Translations under genes and position numbers: made by a program
The notes under the pieces: model-generated
The model's input: the letters and a program-made list of their open reading frames with translations, nothing else
Told to the model about the DNA's origin: nothing
Database searches by the model: none
In this document: positions 26,169 to 35,941 of the stretch, piece by piece
How the letters are laid out: each line of letters opens with the position of its first letter
Numbering within the stretch: the stretch's first letter is position 1
NCBI GenBank assembly: GCA_963778115.1
Contig: CAVZSV010000001.1
Span: 32,001 to 96,000 of the forward strand
Source of the DNA: an uncultured delta proteobacterium
GTDB taxonomy: Bacteria > Bdellovibrionota > FAC87 > UBA2466
Direction of reading: 5' to 3'
Length of the DNA stretch: 64,000 bases

Positions 26169-27360
26169 TGGATCGCTGTTTCTCCCGCAAACGCTACCGA
26201 TGCCACACCGGCAAGCACCAACTCACAAATCGCAAATGCTCCTAAAGCGAAAGTCAGCCCCCAAGCCAAGAGAAGTTGAAATACTAAAGCCCCTAAACCA
26301 AAACCGGTAAAAAGAAGAAAGGCGTTCATTCCCATCGCAAGGCCCCGACGTAAAGAAAGGGTGGAGACAATTCCCACTAGCAGGGGATGGGTCATATCGA
26401 ATCCGAAAGAGAGGATCGTTACCGCAACTCCGGCTACTAATAGCGGTAAGTTAAGGATTAGCGAAAAAGCGCAAAGTGCTCCTAGAAATAGCCCCCCCGG
26501 AATCAGCCTGTGTCTTCCTCGTCTATCAGCGATACTACCCACGAAGGGCCCTAGTAACATTCCCGGAAGTCCGTAACCCAAAAGCGCCATCCCTACTCCA
26601 AAATCTCCTAAGTGATACCGCTGAATAAAATAAAGTCCCAACCAGGCAAAAATTCCAGAATGAAACATACCGTTAAAGAAAATAAAAAAGTAAGTCCGGA
26701 ATCCGCGTCTGTTTCGCAACAAAGCAAGGTAGCCCCCAAAAGTTGCCCGAATTCCCTGAACTTCTGAGGTGTTTTTTGTGTCAAAAAGATCCCGGTAGCG
26801 GTAGGCGAAACAGAGGATAACAATATTAGCCAGTCCGACGGCGACAAACTCCCACCTCCAACCTATGAAGGGGTTCAACGCCGCTCCAAAGGTAGAACCG
26901 AAAGCAACTCCGCCGGCAATAGCGCCAAAGATCCACCCATGGCCTTGCCGCGCTCCTTATAAGAAAATAGGTCTCCTACCAGAGCCAGAGCGATGGGAAT
27001 GACGCCTCCGGCGCATAGTCCAGAGGCCACCCTTAAAAAAATTAGCTGTTCGGCCGAACGGGCACAGGCAGTAAGAAAGGTGGCCAATACCGTTAGCCCC
27101 AAGAGGGACAGGATGACCTTCTTGCGCCCTATGCGATCCGAAAGCGGGCCATAAAAGAGGGTCGAAAATCCATAGGGGATTAAATAAGCCGGAACCACAA
27201 GACCAACGAGGTTCTGACTCGCATGCAACTCTACGGCTAATGAAGGAACTAAAGGGGCCACTAGATAAGAACTAAAAAAGATGAGAAACGAAGCTCCCGA
27301 AAGAACCTTAAGGACCGACTCCGGACTAGACGAATCCATCTCTTTCGTTTGCGTAGTCAT
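26165..27360 (-). pseudogene. MFS transporter split by a single-base frameshift
   Basis: N-half has 'GPLSDRIGRK' and C-half has 'GSIADRRGR'. Restoring one base at about 26935 gives contiguous 'AMGWIFGAIAGGVAFGST..LNPFIGWR'. May be a sequencing error. Confidence 0.8.
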
Positions 27361-27472
27361 TTGCCTAATCTATCAGTCATTAATCCCTAAGGATAAAGCA
27401 TTAACGATAAAATATTTGGCTATCCAGATATTTTAGGATTAAGGATTGATGACTGAGAATTAATCATTAATA

Positions 27473-28525
27473 GTGGACACGCTTATGCGCTTTTTAGTTT
27501 GGTTAAGAATCATTGCCGCCTTTCTACTTTTCAAGACATCTCTTGCTTGGGGCTGGGGAAGTTTGGGCCACCAAACCGTCGGAGAGATTGCAGAGCGTCA
27601 CCTGACCGATAAAGGTAAGGCTTTGGTGTTCCAGATACTAGGAACCGAACCTCTCGCCATGGCCGGAATTTTTGCCGATTACGTGCGCCCGGATAAGTAC
27701 TTCGACTTCATGGCGCCCTATCACTACTTGCAAGTTCCTATAGGGAAGTCCGCTAAAGCTGCCATCGAAGCCGACTGGAACAAAGAGACCGCAGATGCTT
27801 TTGTGCGAAATCCCAATTTTCTTACCGATAGAAAAATGAACCGAGACGCTAAGATGGTCTTCTTACGTTACTTGGTCCATATCGTGGGAGACGTCCATCA
27901 ACCGCTCCACGTAGGAAACGGGATCGATTTTTTGGCCGTCTATTGCTGGGTGAAATGGACGAATCCAGAGAACCACCTTGTCACCGAGGAAACGCTTCAT
28001 CATGTATGGGACGATCTCATCCCTGATTACTACTGCTTTGATTACTACAAGTCTCATCCCGATGAAAAAGCCCACTGGGGGTGCAATTATCGTGTCTTTG
28101 CCGATACCATTCTCTCGGAGTTTAATGCCCTAGCCGTTCCCCAGAGAGAATCCATTGTCCAAGCGAGTTCTTTTGACAGACTGAAATGGTACGAAGAAGA
28201 CCAAGCGCTTTTTCCCCTAGTCTATCCTGACAAAGAGGCTTCTCAATCTCCTGAAACACGTCCCTACTGCAAACGAAAAGAGGCAGATGGCAAGATTACC
28301 AATGCCGCCTATGACGAATCCAAACTTCCTTTGCTGGACGAAAAGTACGTGAAACGCTCCGTTGAAATCGCCAAGAGTCAGATCCTAAAGGCCGGCTTAC
28401 GACTCGCCTGGATCATAAATAAAGCGGCGGAAGCGGGTCGAGTAAGGCCACTAAGGAAAGATGAGAAACAGAAAGTGATGGATAGGTTACATCTAGAGAA
28501 ATATAGTTTGCTTCCATCTCAGTGA
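27473..28525 (+). CDS. S1/P1 nuclease, secreted
   Basis: Signal peptide; 'WGSLGH', 'LVHIVGDVHQPLH', 'LHHVWD', 'AGLRLA'. Confidence 0.9.
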   Translation: MDTLMRFLVWLRIIAAFLLFKTSLAWGWGSLGHQTVGEIAERHLTDKGKALVFQILGTEPLAMAGIFADYVRPDKYFDFMAPYHYLQVPIGKSAKAAIEADWNKETADAFVRNPNFLTDRKMNRDAKMVFLRYLVHIVGDVHQPLHVGNGIDFLAVYCWVKWTNPENHLVTEETLHHVWDDLIPDYYCFDYYKSHPDEKAHWGCNYRVFADTILSEFNALAVPQRESIVQASSFDRLKWYEEDQALFPLVYPDKEASQSPETRPYCKRKEADGKITNAAYDESKLPLLDEKYVKRSVEIAKSQILKAGLRLAWIINKAAEAGRVRPLRKDEKQKVMDRLHLEKYSLLPSQ

Positions 28526-28528
28526 GTC

Positions 28529-29466
28529 ATGTCAATCTTTAGCCCCCTCAAATCGCGAAGCATCTCTTATCTCTGGACGGGACAAGTTTTCTCGGCCATT
28601 GGCGACGAGATCTACACGGTCGCCCTAGTTTGGTTTTCCGCGGATTTAATCGGCAACGACACGGGCTATATTATGGCCGTTCAAGCGACTTCTATCTTGG
28701 CATTTAGCCTGCTCGGTGGAATCTGGGCGGATCGCTGGGACCAGCGTAAGACCATGGTCGTAGTAGATGTCATTCGTGGACTTTCTCTGCTCGCCGCTCC
28801 TATCGCCGTTTTCTTCGGTTTCTTTTCCCTGTGGATTCTCGTCTTCATTACTATCGTAGTTTCAAGTCTAAAGGCTTTTTTTCCCCGCCCTTCGAGCTTG
28901 CATTCCGCGTTTAGCCAATGATCAGAAAACCCTATATTCCACGAACGCTCTGATGGAAACCACCTCTCGATTCGCCAAGATTATCGGACCCGGCATCATG
29001 GCGCTCCTTAATCAGATCGTTCCGATGATTCATTATTTTACCGTCAATGCGGTAAGTTTTTTCATATCAGCTCTCTCTTTACAAAGTTTAAAAACGGAAC
29101 TTCCCTACGAGCCAGGTCCTGTAATTCCCGGAGGATGGAAGAACGTAAAAAGTGGTTTGACCGATGGTTTCGCTCTTTCACAATCCAATTCTTTGATCCA
29201 TTTTGTAATTTGGACTGACGCCGCGGTAAACGCCGGGTGGTTCTTTATTTTTCCGTTGGCCGTAGGGCTACTTCTACACGAGAGAATGCCTGATAATATT
29301 TCTGCTCTAAGCTTTCTCGTTTCCGCCTTTGGCTTTGGAAATGTCGCGGCGAATGTGGTACTGGCGCATCTTTCGATAAAAGCGTTTCGATCGTTGTCTA
29401 TTTTTTGGCAGAATGATCGTCGGAATCGGTTTCCTTTTGATGGCGTTTTCACCTTCATTACCGCGG
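28529..29466 (+). pseudogene. MFS transporter (macrolide-efflux/DHA3-like), two frameshifts and 3'-truncated
   Basis: 'LWTGQVFSAIGD', 'GGIWADRWD'. Frameshifts at T7C4 (28876-28886) and A4 (29378-29381). The restored frame '..FFGRMIVGIGFLLMAFSPSLP' runs into antisense VOC sequence at about 29461. Confidence 0.8.
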
Positions 29467-29806
29467 TCATGGATCTTTCCCATGGTTCATCGTGAGGAGG
29501 CCTATGAAATCGCACCCCTTTGGCTTTCAATTCCTTGTAGAGTCCATCTAAATCGTACGTACTAAATTCGATATGAATGCCGCGCTTTTGTTTGGCCGTG
29601 GATTTGGCAACACCTTCCTTTTTAGCGACGGTAACAGAGAGCAGTCCAATGGTTCCGCCATTGGGTCCGCCAATGCGAATCATCGCGAATGCAGGTGCTG
29701 CGTTCCATTCCAACTGGCATCCTAATTTCTTGCAGTAGAAATCCCGAGAGCGTTTTACGTTCTGAACCGTTAGAGAAAGACCTTCCATGCGGAATTTGTG
29801 TTTCAC
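29461..29806 (-). pseudogene. VOC/glyoxalase-family protein, 3'-truncated
   Basis: 'LSLTVQNVKRSRDFY', 'IHIEFST.DLD.LY..LKAKGV.F..PP.DEPWERSMTA'. The terminal DPDG..E strand is missing and the frame reads on through antisense MFS DNA to 29105. Confidence 0.75.
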
Positions 29807-30258
29807 TCTTCGTTCTCTTTCCGTTTTGCCACAGGTTTTGTACGCGAACGCATTAGGTAAGCGACAGACAGACCGATAATGAGGAAACCCCCTCCCATGG
29901 CGATGAGGAAGTAGGTCAAAAAGTGTCCTTCAGCATCTTCTTTCACTTCGGCAGATCCCGTGGCGAAAACGTACAAGACGGCCTCTTCGTCGCCAACCTC
30001 GTGGTGGGGAGTGCCGTAACCAAAATGGGACTGTCGGGTGAGAGTACGCCCCTCGGGAGTCGTGAACTGAAACACGGGCATCAAAGTGGATTTTCCCGTC
30101 GTGAAGCCGATGATCTTTCCTCTGACTTCGGTGGCATTTTTAAGAAAGTCTCGACGAGATTTTTCGGCGTAGAAGCTGCCGCTAAGCATACAGATTCCGA
30201 TGATGGGAAAGATCCAAACCAACTGCGAACTCAAGGGCATCTGATGGACCATTCGCAT
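29803..30258 (-). CDS. DUF3592-family membrane protein
   Basis: TM helix, then 'G.II..PVFQFTT.EG..VGD...VLY', then TM helix. GTGA overlap with the VOC gene. Confidence 0.75.
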   Translation of the reverse strand: MRMVHQMPLSSQLVWIFPIIGICMLSGSFYAEKSRRDFLKNATEVRGKIIGFTTGKSTLMPVFQFTTPEGRTLTRQSHFGYGTPHHEVGDEEAVLYVFATGSAEVKEDAEGHFLTYFLIAMGGGFLIIGLSVAYLMRSRTKPVAKRKENEE

Positions 30259-30264
30259 CGCCGA

Positions 30265-32304
30265 TTAACCATTCCTAAAATATTCGTAAATCATGACCAT
30301 GGCCAGCGTATCCAATTCACAGTAACGAAGCAGTGCGTCTTCGATCGTTTTTTTCTCTTCTTCGGTCATCTCCATGAATTGCATTTTGGCGTAAGCCATC
30401 ATGGCGGCTCCGCCTTCACGTAACTCATCATCCTTTACAAAGCGCTCGGCATAGGCAACGAAGGCCGCCAGATCGGTATCTCCGAAAACTTTGGGCAGCG
30501 AAGCATAGGGGTCTTCAATTAGCCCCATCTTTCCCTCTTTCATCCAAACCCGATTTTCAAAATTTAAGCTTTTAATCTGGCCGTTCTTTCCATAGATAGG
30601 CTTTCCGTATTTTTCTTTGAGAGTCTTTGAACTGTTCAGAGCGGCCGGAAGAACCACCTTAATGGAGTTCGAACCGCCCATTAACGGATGGATATAATAT
30701 TTTTTGACGAGATCGAGCATATCGACCATGTCCCTATTGCCTTTCCAGCCTGGCTTCTTGCCATTGGAGGAATGAGTGATGGTCTCTATCCACCCGCAAA
30801 GTTCTTCACGATCGATCTCATTAGAAGCTTTAAGCTGAGTATGAATCTGGTTTAGGACCGTGTTTTCATGGGTGGCATATCGCAAAATCGTACCGTTATC
30901 GCCTTCGAGCTCCTTTTTTAGGGCTCGAACAAATTCGAAATTGGGAAACTTCCCCTTTTCTCGGCTTAGCCATTGTCCCTTGTGCTCCACCGTTTGATTT
31001 TCTAAGACCGTGTGATGCGAAAACTGAAAAGCAATTTGCTCATAAGGATGGAGCCCCTGATTGAAGGGCACTGCGACCATGCAGGTTTCAAAGTCGATGA
31101 AATGGAGGGGATAGACCCACTCATTCATTATCGCTTTGATCCCCTCTTTATCAATATAGGGTTGTCGTTCTTTGTTCTTATAAAGCTCAATTTGCTTAAG
31201 TTGGCGTTGCAAGCGAGTCAACCCCGGCTCGTCGGTCGGCGCACTCTTGACGGGAGCAATATCGTCCTCGGTGAGCTGATCTAGGAAGTAGATCTTCTGT
31301 TCCATTAGCGCATCACTTTTTTTGTTGTCCCAAAGTTCAAAGACGCGCGCTCGATTAACTTCAGAGTCTTTTAGTTTGAGGCTCTCTTTCCAACACTCGT
31401 CGAATCCGCTCTTAAGGCCCGGATATTCTTCTTTGACGATTCGAAATTCACATTTCTTGCATTCGCTAGAGAGCGGAGGAGATATTTTTTGCCCTACCAC
31501 TTGCGATGCGGCCAGAAAATTGACCCATTCGCCGAATTTTTTTCCTCCGCGTATTTCGGAGCTCTCCTCACGATCGCTTCCTTCGATAACCGCTTTTACT
31601 TCGTCGCGAACATCAACCGCGACCAGAATCTTTTCGCCCAATTGACCCAGCGCTAAAGTGGGGTCAATCTTAACGTAATGTCCCCCGTCCTTTTTCTGGT
31701 GCAGGACAAACTTTTGGTTAAGGCCGTCTACAGTCGCTGTAACGTCTTTGTTCGCTAAATAAAGATAGGGAATAACGTGAAGGTCGGGGAAAGCGCTCGA
31801 CACGACGTACCATTGATACGCAACGTCATACACGTACTCCAAGCCATTGGCGAGAAGAGCACTTTTATCCTTATTCCAGAAAGTGTCCTTACTAGGAGAC
31901 CAACTCTTTGATTTCACCTCATAGAGATGAAGGGTCCCCTTGTCCTTGACCACGATATCCGCCCTAATGAAAAGATTTTCAAAGGCGAAAGCACCCTCAT
32001 AGATGGTTGCCGAATCCTGAGAGAGAAGTACCTTAGTCTCTTCAACCGCAGCAAGGTAGGCGCGCCTGACTACCTCCTGACCGCCGGGGAAGTACAGTTT
32101 AGCAAGCTCCCCCACTTGGAACCCCCCTGCAGCAAGCGCTTTTAAAAATGTGTCATCATTCTTACTGTTTCCGTAGTCTTTATTCCCCGTGTAAAAAAGC
32201 TTTGTGGGGCATTCAAACGCCGATTTGAAATGGGATTTCGTAAGAGGTCGCGACAGATCAGACGTAACCACCTCTAACGCGGCCTGACTCTTATTTTTTG
32301 CCAT
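30265..32304 (-). CDS. DUF2779-containing protein (PD-(D/E)XK nuclease + RNase H-like/DEDD domain)
   Basis: 'LTKS.F...ECP.KL.Y', 'RADI..LYEVKS', Cys cluster 'CKKCEF..ECW', 'HFIDFET', 'PYEQI.FQFS.H', 'GS.SIK.VLPA', 'LLRYCELDT.AM'. Confidence 0.85.
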   Translation of the reverse strand: MAKNKSQAALEVVTSDLSRPLTKSHFKSAFECPTKLFYTGNKDYGNSKNDDTFLKALAAGGFQVGELAKLYFPGGQEVVRRAYLAAVEETKVLLSQDSATIYEGAFAFENLFIRADIVVKDKGTLHLYEVKSKSWSPSKDTFWNKDKSALLANGLEYVYDVAYQWYVVSSAFPDLHVIPYLYLANKDVTATVDGLNQKFVLHQKKDGGHYVKIDPTLALGQLGEKILVAVDVRDEVKAVIEGSDREESSEIRGGKKFGEWVNFLAASQVVGQKISPPLSSECKKCEFRIVKEEYPGLKSGFDECWKESLKLKDSEVNRARVFELWDNKKSDALMEQKIYFLDQLTEDDIAPVKSAPTDEPGLTRLQRQLKQIELYKNKERQPYIDKEGIKAIMNEWVYPLHFIDFETCMVAVPFNQGLHPYEQIAFQFSHHTVLENQTVEHKGQWLSREKGKFPNFEFVRALKKELEGDNGTILRYATHENTVLNQIHTQLKASNEIDREELCGWIETITHSSNGKKPGWKGNRDMVDMLDLVKKYYIHPLMGGSNSIKVVLPAALNSSKTLKEKYGKPIYGKNGQIKSLNFENRVWMKEGKMGLIEDPYASLPKVFGDTDLAAFVAYAERFVKDDELREGGAAMMAYAKMQFMEMTEEEKKTIEDALLRYCELDTLAMVMIYEYFRNG

Positions 32305-32491
32305 TAGATTTTGACCTGAAATGGGAAGTGAACATGCCTCAAGGGCATATGTATTTGTCGCCAAGTTATGAAATTTTCTGAAGAAAAACTTTCAAGCCTT
32401 CCTTTTTTGTCATTTGACGTAACCCGACTCAATCAATATCTGTTCGCTTTCCGTTTGATCGAGTCACGAAGTTAAAAGCAGAGGAGGACGT

Positions 32492-33175
32492 ATGAAACTA
32501 GTGCTGGTGGTTCTTTTTATAGGGTTAGGCTCTCTTTCGTGGGGTGCCGAAGATTTCCCCGTGAGGGATGGAGTCTTTCAATTTCTAGATAAGAACGTCA
32601 TGGGTAAGAGCCAGAAGCTCTCAGCCCAGGGTACGTTGACGAGCGACGGATCGAGCTACCTGGTGAGTTTTGAAGCTACCATTAAATGGGAGGGGCTGCA
32701 GAAGACTCCCGAAGGGCTCGTTTTTGACGAGACCCGAATCATCAAACAGACCAGCACTAAGACCGACCCGAAAGGCAAACCCATAGGGGAAGCGATCGAT
32801 ACGAGCCGAACGGTGAAGCTACATCATGCCCTAGCAGAGCGTGACACCGCCAATTTGCTCGTCGGTCAGAGCACCATGGTGGAGAACACACTAGAGGATC
32901 CCACCGGCAAAGGATTCGCAACTATGATCCAACTAAGCGACGATAAGCGCGAGCTCTATCTTTATGAATCGATGACTGGATTCGTCGAAGCTTCCTTGGA
33001 CGGCAAGACAGTAATTCCGGTCGCCACCGCGTCGGCCGATACCTTTTCGCTCGATAATAATAAGAAGCTACAAACGGCTGAGACTTTGAAGTTTTACAAA
33101 GTGGACGTTAACAAAGACTTTGCACGCACCGAGATCAATCGCTTTAACCTCCTGGCAATCGAGGTTACCCCATGA
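32492..33175 (+). CDS. Secreted hypothetical beta-rich protein
   Basis: RBS GAGGAGG and a signal peptide. ATGA overlap with the next gene. Confidence 0.7.
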   Translation: MKLVLVVLFIGLGSLSWGAEDFPVRDGVFQFLDKNVMGKSQKLSAQGTLTSDGSSYLVSFEATIKWEGLQKTPEGLVFDETRIIKQTSTKTDPKGKPIGEAIDTSRTVKLHHALAERDTANLLVGQSTMVENTLEDPTGKGFATMIQLSDDKRELYLYESMTGFVEASLDGKTVIPVATASADTFSLDNNKKLQTAETLKFYKVDVNKDFARTEINRFNLLAIEVTP

Positions 33176-34290
33176 AAAATATTTCTTATCTTATCGTGAT
33201 TGTTTTTCTTTCGGGGAGCCTTGCCGAAGCGCAGCGAGGTGGACGTGGGGGGGGAGGAGGACGTCCCTCCGGTGGAATGCGGCCGGGAGGTGTTGGTGGC
33301 GGAATGAGCGGGGGATTTCATCCCAGCAGGCCTTCCGAACCTATTGCACGCCCTACTCCGCATCCGACACCTAGACCCCCTCAAGACCCCAGACCCGGGA
33401 CTCTGCCGGTTACTAGGCCCGGACCCGGCGGAGGAATTGGCGGCTCTCGCCCCATCGGGGGAGGCGGTATGGGCCCTGGCCCAGGCTTTGGAGGTCCCCG
33501 ACCCGGTGTTGGTCCCGGCCACCCCACTACGTTACCTACTCGCCCAGGGGGGCGACCAGGTGCGGGAGACATCGGGAAATTTCTAGGAGGAAATCCGCCC
33601 GGCCATTTCCCGGGAAATCCCGGCTTTCGTCCTGGCTATAACGGGTACCATAAGAGTGAATTTTACGGACATATCCATAACCATTTTCCTTACAGCCCCA
33701 GGTACGGATATCCCTTCGGAAGAAATTGGTGCGCCAATTTTCACTGGCACTATCACCACTGGCCGTACTGGACGGCCGCCGCAACGGCAGTCACTTTAAC
33801 CGCATGGTTGGGCTACGGCGCTTATGGAGGGTACGGGACCGCCACACAAATTCCCTACTATCCCGTTGAACCTGCTCCTGCGGACGTTTATGAAACTTCG
33901 GTCGAAGTGCCGGCCCAGATCTGTGATCAAGGTCTGGCTCCCGTAAGTGACGATACGGAATGGTTGAATTTAGGAACTTTCGGGATCATTCCTTACCAAG
34001 GCACTGACTTTGCTTACGGCATACAACTGGCGATCTCAAAAGACGGAATAATCCGCGGCATTCAGTGGGATATGAAAGGAAATACCGCGACCGAGATCGC
34101 AGGATCGATCCAAAGAGACGGCCTTAAGATCGCTTGGCGCGCTAAGACCGCTAATGCTCCTTACTTTGAAAGCACCGTGGATCAGCTGACGCAGCCAGAA
34201 TCTTATGTAAACGTCTATGATCCCATAGCGAAAAGCCTAGTGAGCTGGCAGATGATCCAAATCGATCCCAAAGATCTCCCAGGACAATAA
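33172..34290 (+). CDS. Secreted Gly/Pro/Arg-rich protein with planctomycete 'protocadherin-like' C-terminal domain
   Basis: Signal peptide, low-complexity G/P/R region, W/H/Y-rich segment, then 'EWL.LG.F..QLAISKDG.I.G..I.GS..IAW..E....LT'. Confidence 0.6.
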   Translation: MKNISYLIVIVFLSGSLAEAQRGGRGGGGGRPSGGMRPGGVGGGMSGGFHPSRPSEPIARPTPHPTPRPPQDPRPGTLPVTRPGPGGGIGGSRPIGGGGMGPGPGFGGPRPGVGPGHPTTLPTRPGGRPGAGDIGKFLGGNPPGHFPGNPGFRPGYNGYHKSEFYGHIHNHFPYSPRYGYPFGRNWCANFHWHYHHWPYWTAAATAVTLTAWLGYGAYGGYGTATQIPYYPVEPAPADVYETSVEVPAQICDQGLAPVSDDTEWLNLGTFGIIPYQGTDFAYGIQLAISKDGIIRGIQWDMKGNTATEIAGSIQRDGLKIAWRAKTANAPYFESTVDQLTQPESYVNVYDPIAKSLVSWQMIQIDPKDLPGQ

Positions 34291-34294
34291 CAGA

Positions 34295-34328
34295 AAGGTA
34301 CGGCCTACCTTCCTGTAGGCCGTGCCTT
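34295..34328. terminator. Hairpin between convergent genes
   Basis: AAGGTACGGCCTAC-CTTCCT-GTAGGCCGTGCCTT stem (one G.U pair). Confidence 0.65.
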
Positions 34329-34333
34329 GTAGG

Positions 34334-35419
34334 TTAGCTCTTGGTCTTTTTTCGTGTCTTGGGCGTTGCTGCCGTGAATTTGGTGATGGCGTCGGCGTCT
34401 TTTCTAAGGCCAACGAGAAAATCCGCTACGGTATTGGCGATAGGATCGACCTCATCTAGATCGTCGCCCTCATTCAAGATGAAATATTCGGAAACGGCTT
34501 TGATGATATTGGCATCACCTTCACCCAGCTGCTCTTTGAGCTCGCTATAGTTAGCGCTATTTTCCGTGTGCTTTTTTTCGTAAAATTTGCTGATGGCAGC
34601 TCCCATCGCTTCGTAGTCGCGACGAGTGATGTGAATTCCGCTGCGCTTAGGACAATTGGCCCCGTACTGCCAATAGTCATTCATTTCAGCGTCTTTCTTA
34701 TTGTCCCCCGCTGTTTTGGCCCTATAAACACAGTCTTTTTGATTGTAGGCAAAGTTTGAAAACTTGCCGCGGTAAAATTTGGTAAAAGTGTCTTGTCCCG
34801 CATGGAAAGCCGCTAACAGAGTCACCTGAAAAATCGCATCGTCCCAGTTGGGAGTTCCCTCTTGTGCACGGTATTGTTCCGCACCGTAAATGGCTAGGAA
34901 GTTCGTCGCGACTAGTTGGGTATAGGGGTGTTTCATTTGGGAATAAGATTTCGCATCGCAAGCACCAATGAGTTGAATCAGAGAAAGGTAAAACCCGTGC
35001 ATCTCCGTATCGCTCAGGGTGAACAACTTCGTAATGGCATCTAGATACTGTTTGTCCGTCCAGTCGCCGATATCCTGGCCCTTGCGCCAGCCATAACTTC
35101 GGCCTCCCGTATCGCTCGCGGGATAGCCTACGTGATAAAAGAAATTTTGATCGTTGATCTTAACGGCAACGCCGTTCTTATTATTTTCCGGACCGGCCTT
35201 CGCCGAACCTTCTTCGTGGGCTTCTGCCACCTTTTCGATCTGAGGCTGAATCTCGTCTTTCATCAAACCGAGCATCGTACTTTTACCGGCATAATCGGAG
35301 AGATCAAAGCCATTGGGAAAGTCGAACGGATCGTCTTTGATCGCATGCGGAGCGCAAAGCCCCACTGCGGACAGCAATAGCCACCCTAATAAAGAAACCG
35401 CGAACGAATTTTTGAGCAT
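34334..35419 (-). CDS. Secreted hypothetical protein
   Basis: Likely start MLKNSFAV with RBS GGGGGA and a signal peptide; long intact ORF. Confidence 0.65.
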   Translation of the reverse strand: MLKNSFAVSLLGWLLLSAVGLCAPHAIKDDPFDFPNGFDLSDYAGKSTMLGLMKDEIQPQIEKVAEAHEEGSAKAGPENNKNGVAVKINDQNFFYHVGYPASDTGGRSYGWRKGQDIGDWTDKQYLDAITKLFTLSDTEMHGFYLSLIQLIGACDAKSYSQMKHPYTQLVATNFLAIYGAEQYRAQEGTPNWDDAIFQVTLLAAFHAGQDTFTKFYRGKFSNFAYNQKDCVYRAKTAGDNKKDAEMNDYWQYGANCPKRSGIHITRRDYEAMGAAISKFYEKKHTENSANYSELKEQLGEGDANIIKAVSEYFILNEGDDLDEVDPIANTVADFLVGLRKDADAITKFTAATPKTRKKTKS

Positions 35420-35558
35420 TGTTATATCCCCCAACTGAACATCTGACTGACGACTGACTGACCGGCGAGCCACCCATAGGCTCCTCCGGTATTCAAGTAC
35501 GACTAGCTCAGCGCGTTATCATATTCAAGAGATTTAAATCGGGAAGGCAACGAGGGCT

Positions 35559-35888
35559 TTATTCGTCAAAGGCTTGGAGAGCCGCTTCCAGTTCCAGCTG
35601 ACTCACGAGTTGGGTGCGGGGCTTTCCTTGATAAGCAAGAATGCGAAATCCATCAAAAGCGGATTTTTCTTCGTCGCCCTCAAGCGTAACGGCTTCCACT
35701 TCAATGGAGGCCAAGGGGAGAAGCGCTTCGCGTGATTCAAAAATCACAGCATCTTCTCGAGTTTCGGAATAACCGTCGAACCCGGCCTCCGCATTGGGAT
35801 CGAAAACCGACACATAGACCGGGGCTTCGATGCCATGGCGGTAGAGTTCTAAAATGTAGCCATTTACCTGATTCGCTTGGTTATCCAT
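35559..35888 (-). CDS. Acidic hypothetical protein
   Basis: 109-aa ORF filling the intergenic gap, co-oriented with its neighbours. Confidence 0.55.
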   Translation of the reverse strand: MDNQANQVNGYILELYRHGIEAPVYVSVFDPNAEAGFDGYSETREDAVIFESREALLPLASIEVEAVTLEGDEEKSAFDGFRILAYQGKPRTQLVSQLELEAALQAFDE

Positions 35889-35941
35889 TAGGGGGTAATC
35901 AGTAGCAGAGTCTAAGGCGCTAAGAAAGTGATTAAATAAAA

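Noticed and set aside
29105..29460. C-terminal extension of the 233-aa VOC ORF as a real fused domain
   Set aside because: It is the antisense of MFS coding sequence, read through after the deletion junction.
33094..33784. Several overlapping antisense/alternative ORFs in the G/P-rich gene
   Set aside because: Shadow ORFs caused by GC-rich, low-complexity codons.
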